A stretch of DNA of 64,000 bases, from assembly GCA_977030845.1 (NCBI GenBank), contig OZ365118.1, positions 15,314,001-15,378,000 on the forward strand, given 5' to 3'. Below the pieces are notes generated by a model that searched no databases, had not been told where the DNA came from, and saw nothing but the letters and a program-made list of their open reading frames with translations. Both the position numbers and the translations under genes were made by a program. Every line of letters starts with the position of its first letter. Position 1 is the stretch's first letter. The DNA comes from Fimbriosthenelais zetlandica (lineage: Eukaryota). This document shows, piece by piece, positions 59,601-64,000 of this stretch.

Positions 59601-62600
59601 TACTTTCTAATGCTTTTCAGGCTATGCGACCTCATTACTTCTATATCAAGCTCTCAGACGGCCTAGAATGCTCCAATCTCCCTAGATATATATTTCCTAA
59701 GTAGATTAATATCAATTTATGGGCCCACTTGCCAATAATCGGACTGTACGTATATATATTTCTTTGCCTCTTGGCTGTCGCCTCTGCCAGTGCCAGCCAC
59801 CTGGGTGTAAAATTGTATTGCATAATTGTATGCTTAACACTCACAGTTTATGGCAGGGTAAGATTTTTATGAGACACTAATGCAGATATCATGGCAGCAA
59901 ACACTACAGGCCATTCTCCCGCATACTGCTAGAGCTGATAGCGGCTGGCAAGCATGGAAGAAATGGCCATTTGTATGGTAATGCTAACCCTGACCACCGA
60001 TACGTGCACACCAATCCTATTTGACAGTACACTAGCATAGAGACATGCAACTTGCACAGCCTGCCCAATGGCAACCACTCATTGCCAATCATCTACTGCT
60101 CCGGCTCCCCCCCTCTGTTTCCAATTTTCGTCCAGTCACATTTGAAGAGAATGCTAAGGAGGTTAGGGGGCAGAGAAATGAGCATTGGTATTCATAAAGA
60201 ATTCATACCACTGTTTGAATGCGGCCGCCTGGACTGGCTTTTGGGATGGCGAACTCAAAGACTACCGAGCTCTGGCCCGTCCCTCCGGCAACCCTCGCAG
60301 GCCTGGCGTTTGCATTGCGCACTTAAAGGCTGGCAGATCAAAGAGATTGTCTTCTGATAACGATGATAAAGAGTTAACTCAGGTATAACCTGTTCATCTG
60401 GCCTGATGCAATTTATTCAGGGTCGCGAGCAGAATTCAACATGGTGCCGCTGGGCCTGGCTCCTACCATATTCAGCCCTAAAGACTTGCCACGTCAGATT
60501 GGATTAGCTGAGAAAGGCTTCAGTTGACCTGGAAAGGTATACTTCACACGCTCTCAGCTTTGCTATTTGGTGATCAGACAATATTGTCCCCGACTGCCAG
60601 GCCTGCGTATTCAGACTGGGTAATTTCTTCGAGCCATGGCAGAATGGAGCCAGCCTATCTGCTTTGCTGCAGGATAGGGCAAGGTTGGCAAGGGGAGCTG
60701 TACTAGAGAAAAGGCTCTGCTGCCTGGATTGGATTCGGGTATATATAGAAGGAATAGCCTACTGAAATGCCTCATAGTCCTAGATAATCCCCCCGTGGTA
60801 AGGCAGCTAATTTGCTGCCCAGAACGTTGCTTTGGATTCAGCTCAGCATCTCTCCAAGCAGCAAATTGATGGCCTTTGAATTATGCAATAAATAGCGCTC
60901 AAAGATGCTATCCATTGGCTATGATGCAAGATAGTGGTAAGTGCCAATGCAAGGTATTATTATGGCAAGTTGATGTGGTCTTAACATTGTACTAGCCTGC
61001 GAATTAATGCTAATCTATTGGCATCGATTGCTGTTAAAGCGAGACGATCGATACGTGGCAGGCGAGGCCGCGGCAGATTGGAAACAACCAAAATGGTCGG
61101 TTACCGGATGCTAACAAGGCGTAGGAGCTAATCTTTCACTCCATAATATGATCGGGGAAGGGCCAGGGTGGATCAAATAGAAGCAAGGGATGTGTACCTC
61201 TTATATAATAATTGCGTCCAAGCGGAAGGCAGACTTCCTGCTGCCTGCAATAGCCGCCGCTAGATGGGGTGACAGGCATTGGTAGCCATGCCTGGCCATG
61301 TGCGAGTACTGCATAGCAATGAGGCCTTCTCAGATCCTGACAGTGTAATCGCAATGTTTCCGGTATTGAAATACACTGAATACTGAAGGCCTTTCATAGC
61401 TATGGCAACAAAGGCATGAACAGCGACCAGCTGTACTCCATGGTGTGTATTTACACTGGCTGACAGCTCGGCTGAAAGATTCCAAGTAGTTATCACTCAG
61501 AAACGTCGGGGAAATGTAGGCGCATTGTGATGTACAAAACCTCGTATGTACAGCCCCCAGGCCTGTGATTATCCATCATATCTTTAACAACCAGCTTTGT
61601 GGCTGCCTTCCTTTTTAACTTGCCTTCTGCCAGAGTGAATGTATACGCAGGGAAGAATCACGCGCGGGCAAGCCCCTGTGCCCGGCCATTAACAAAGCTA
61701 AAATGTACCCAGGGATTCTACATCATACAGGGTCTCTACACTCTACCTTTTACCACAGATTTCCCCATAGTTTTCCCCACCGTATTAAAAGCGTTTAGAG
61801 ACATCAATGAATTACAGCAGTGGCTTGGGGTAATCATGTTTCCTCACAGAGTCTATCATCAATCCTTAGCCTCGTGCGGGCTCCAGCAGAGATAAGCTGT
61901 TGGTTCCTTTCTTTTTTCTTTTTTTTACAGCATTAAACTCTGGTGAAGGTGGTTCAATCACTCGCCGTCCAGCCCCAACCCGCACGGGGGGAAATTGGTG
62001 GTACTGGAGGAACCGAGCAAGAGGAAGGGTGGATGTCTATTTCCATCGAAGCAGATTAGCTCGTGGGCCAGCTGCCTCTGTAATGGCTTAGCCTTAAAGC
62101 CCGTGGACATGTTGGCTTTAATCACATCAAAGATTGTACTATGACCAATGTGGCAGCACTGTTTATTCAGATGGCCCACGTTATGCATGTTGTCAAGATG
62201 GAGGACTGCCACCTCTCGGTCGTCTCCAGGAAATGTGGGCTGTCGGCGCTAACTGGGTTAAACACGTCTCTGAGAATACGAGCCTGTATAATCTAATTTA
62301 AAGGTGACCGAAGGGACTTGTACGGCTCAAAGAAAGAGACTGATAGCCCAACTGGTGCCTAAGATTAGGACGCCGATATAACAGATTGGTGCTTTAATGC
62401 CAGGCAGCATTTAACGAATAGCTCTGTTCATTTAATTGCTACTGCGACCATCCGTCCATATCCAATATACACGTCGCGGTCGATAGGCCTTGCATATTCC
62501 TTACATTTCCATACATTTATGACACTTTACCGACCCACTCACAGCTCGGGTGGTCAGGGGTGGAGCTCTAAATCAGACACTCATTTCCACCCGTATGCCA

Positions 62601-64000
62601 CTGTGCTGCGATCCCCGGGTCAGACAAACCGATAGTGTATTTGAACATAGACTGCGGCAGGCTGCTTGCTGCTGGCTTTGGAAGAGTTAATACTGGATGG
62701 TTTGGACTGTGCTGAGCTATCTGTAGTACAGTCACATTGCTCAGGCCTGATCTATCTGAGCTCGCAGCCAGTGCCCGGTGATGATAGGACCAGAGGAAGG
62801 TCAAGACAGGGAATGAATTATAACCGGGGTTTTGTAGGGGCTTTGAGAGAGCAAACCGTGATGCCACATCCAGCATACAGACCAGGGTCTCGCTTCATAT
62901 TACAAACTGACTACTATGGTGTTTCACTAGTGAAATTACACTCAAATCATGGTCGAATAGCAGCAATTTGAGATTAGACATGAGGATTTGTAGTCTATGG
63001 GAGTTAGGGTTCCGAAACTGAAGGCCAAGAAACCCAAAATCCCATAGAGCTTGAAGCCTGAATGTCAACTGCTCTTTTCTCTTTAGTACACAAAACCTTG
63101 ACAAAGAAATCATAGAAAGTACCCTTTAACTAGATCGCTTCACTATATAACAGGTATCAGGAGCCAACTAGAAGAAGTACAGCTTTTCCCATCTCCTTGT
63201 TCAAACTTTTTCTGGCACAGAATACGCCATCTCGTGTTGCTTTCCCTTCACATAGTAAATTTGTCCCGTCTGTGAGAAAAAGCCTTGGAATGTTTCCTTT
63301 TTTGCCTTGGCAACACGAATATCAATGCAGGCCAGTGTCGATACTGTATACAGACTTGCAAACTGGAAACTGACTTTATGCTTGCCTGGGGAGCAATTGA
63401 TGTAGCCTTCCCACACGCATATACACATCAGTCAAACTTGACCAGTCCATCTTAGGTTAAATTTCAGAAAAAAAACTCCCAAACCTAGTAACTTATCATA
63501 GACTGCTGTTGCTGTCCAAACCAAGGTGACCTTAGAGCAAGATCCCACATGTATAAAGACCCCATTACATTAAGGACAGGCAACCAGAACTGGCCTCTTG
63601 AATTCCAGATGGGTTGCCTGAGGCATTTGCTCATTGGCAAGTTGGTTGAAGGTGCCCGGGCCAATCCCTCATTCTCCTATACTACTAACCCCCTCCAACC
63701 ACCATACACCAAAAGAAAAGTAAGGAAGATGGCCTCAACGTTAGGATGGGAAAAATGAATTTGCGCCAGGCAGCAATTTCCTTTCCCTGACTCCTCCTCT
63801 ATCATCACGCCTTGGTTAACATACTTAGGTTGAAAAATGAACATTTTGAAAGCCCCTTGATGGCCTCTAAAGGCGTGCTTCAAGTGGCACGGGCTCTTGT
63901 AACATCTGGCCGGGTGAGGGACTACGAGGCGAGTGGACCTGACATGGCCTTCCATATTGGGTACAGAGCTATATATCCAAGACAATAGCTACCGGGGCCT

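Larger units (their letters stand above)
47154..64000 (-). other. Long intron (>16.8 kb) upstream of exon A; ectodomain/TM exon(s) lie outside the window
   Basis: Exon A starts at a splice acceptor. No cadherin-repeat or other long ORF occurs between 47154 and 64000. Confidence 0.65.

Noticed and set aside
61935-61975. GGTTCAATC B-box-like string next to a T-rich tract
   Set aside because: No A-box, cloverleaf or acceptor stem, so not a tRNA.

Overview
Eukaryotic (animal) genomic DNA, almost entirely non-coding. No prokaryotic features, CRISPR arrays or RNA genes were seen. The only well-supported coding sequence is three phase-compatible minus-strand exons (47153-46836, 41672-41486, 32825-32068; 1263 nt). 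They splice into a 420-aa low-complexity cytoplasmic tail ending DTVV*. The tail carries a WIRS-type motif (MTTF), a DSGRGPSE motif, a PPxY motif, a DDSTTTSGSF motif and a class I PDZ-binding end. From memory, this combination matches the cytoplasmic tail of invertebrate (lophotrochozoan-type) protocadherins; BLAST is needed to confirm it. The ectodomain/TM exon(s) are not in the window and must lie more than 16.8 kb upstream, beyond position 64000. A ~3 kb AT-rich 3' UTR probably ends at an AATAAA at 29111-29106. That UTR holds a phased CRE/AP-1 array, four exact TGTGACAGC 9-mers, K-box-type miRNA seed matches and two fold-back MITEs. The remaining ~29 kb downstream has no credible gene. It contains PIF/Harbinger-type MITEs, a dispersed repeat, microsatellites and several promoter-like motif clusters. 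The taxonomic assignment and all regulatory calls are inference.
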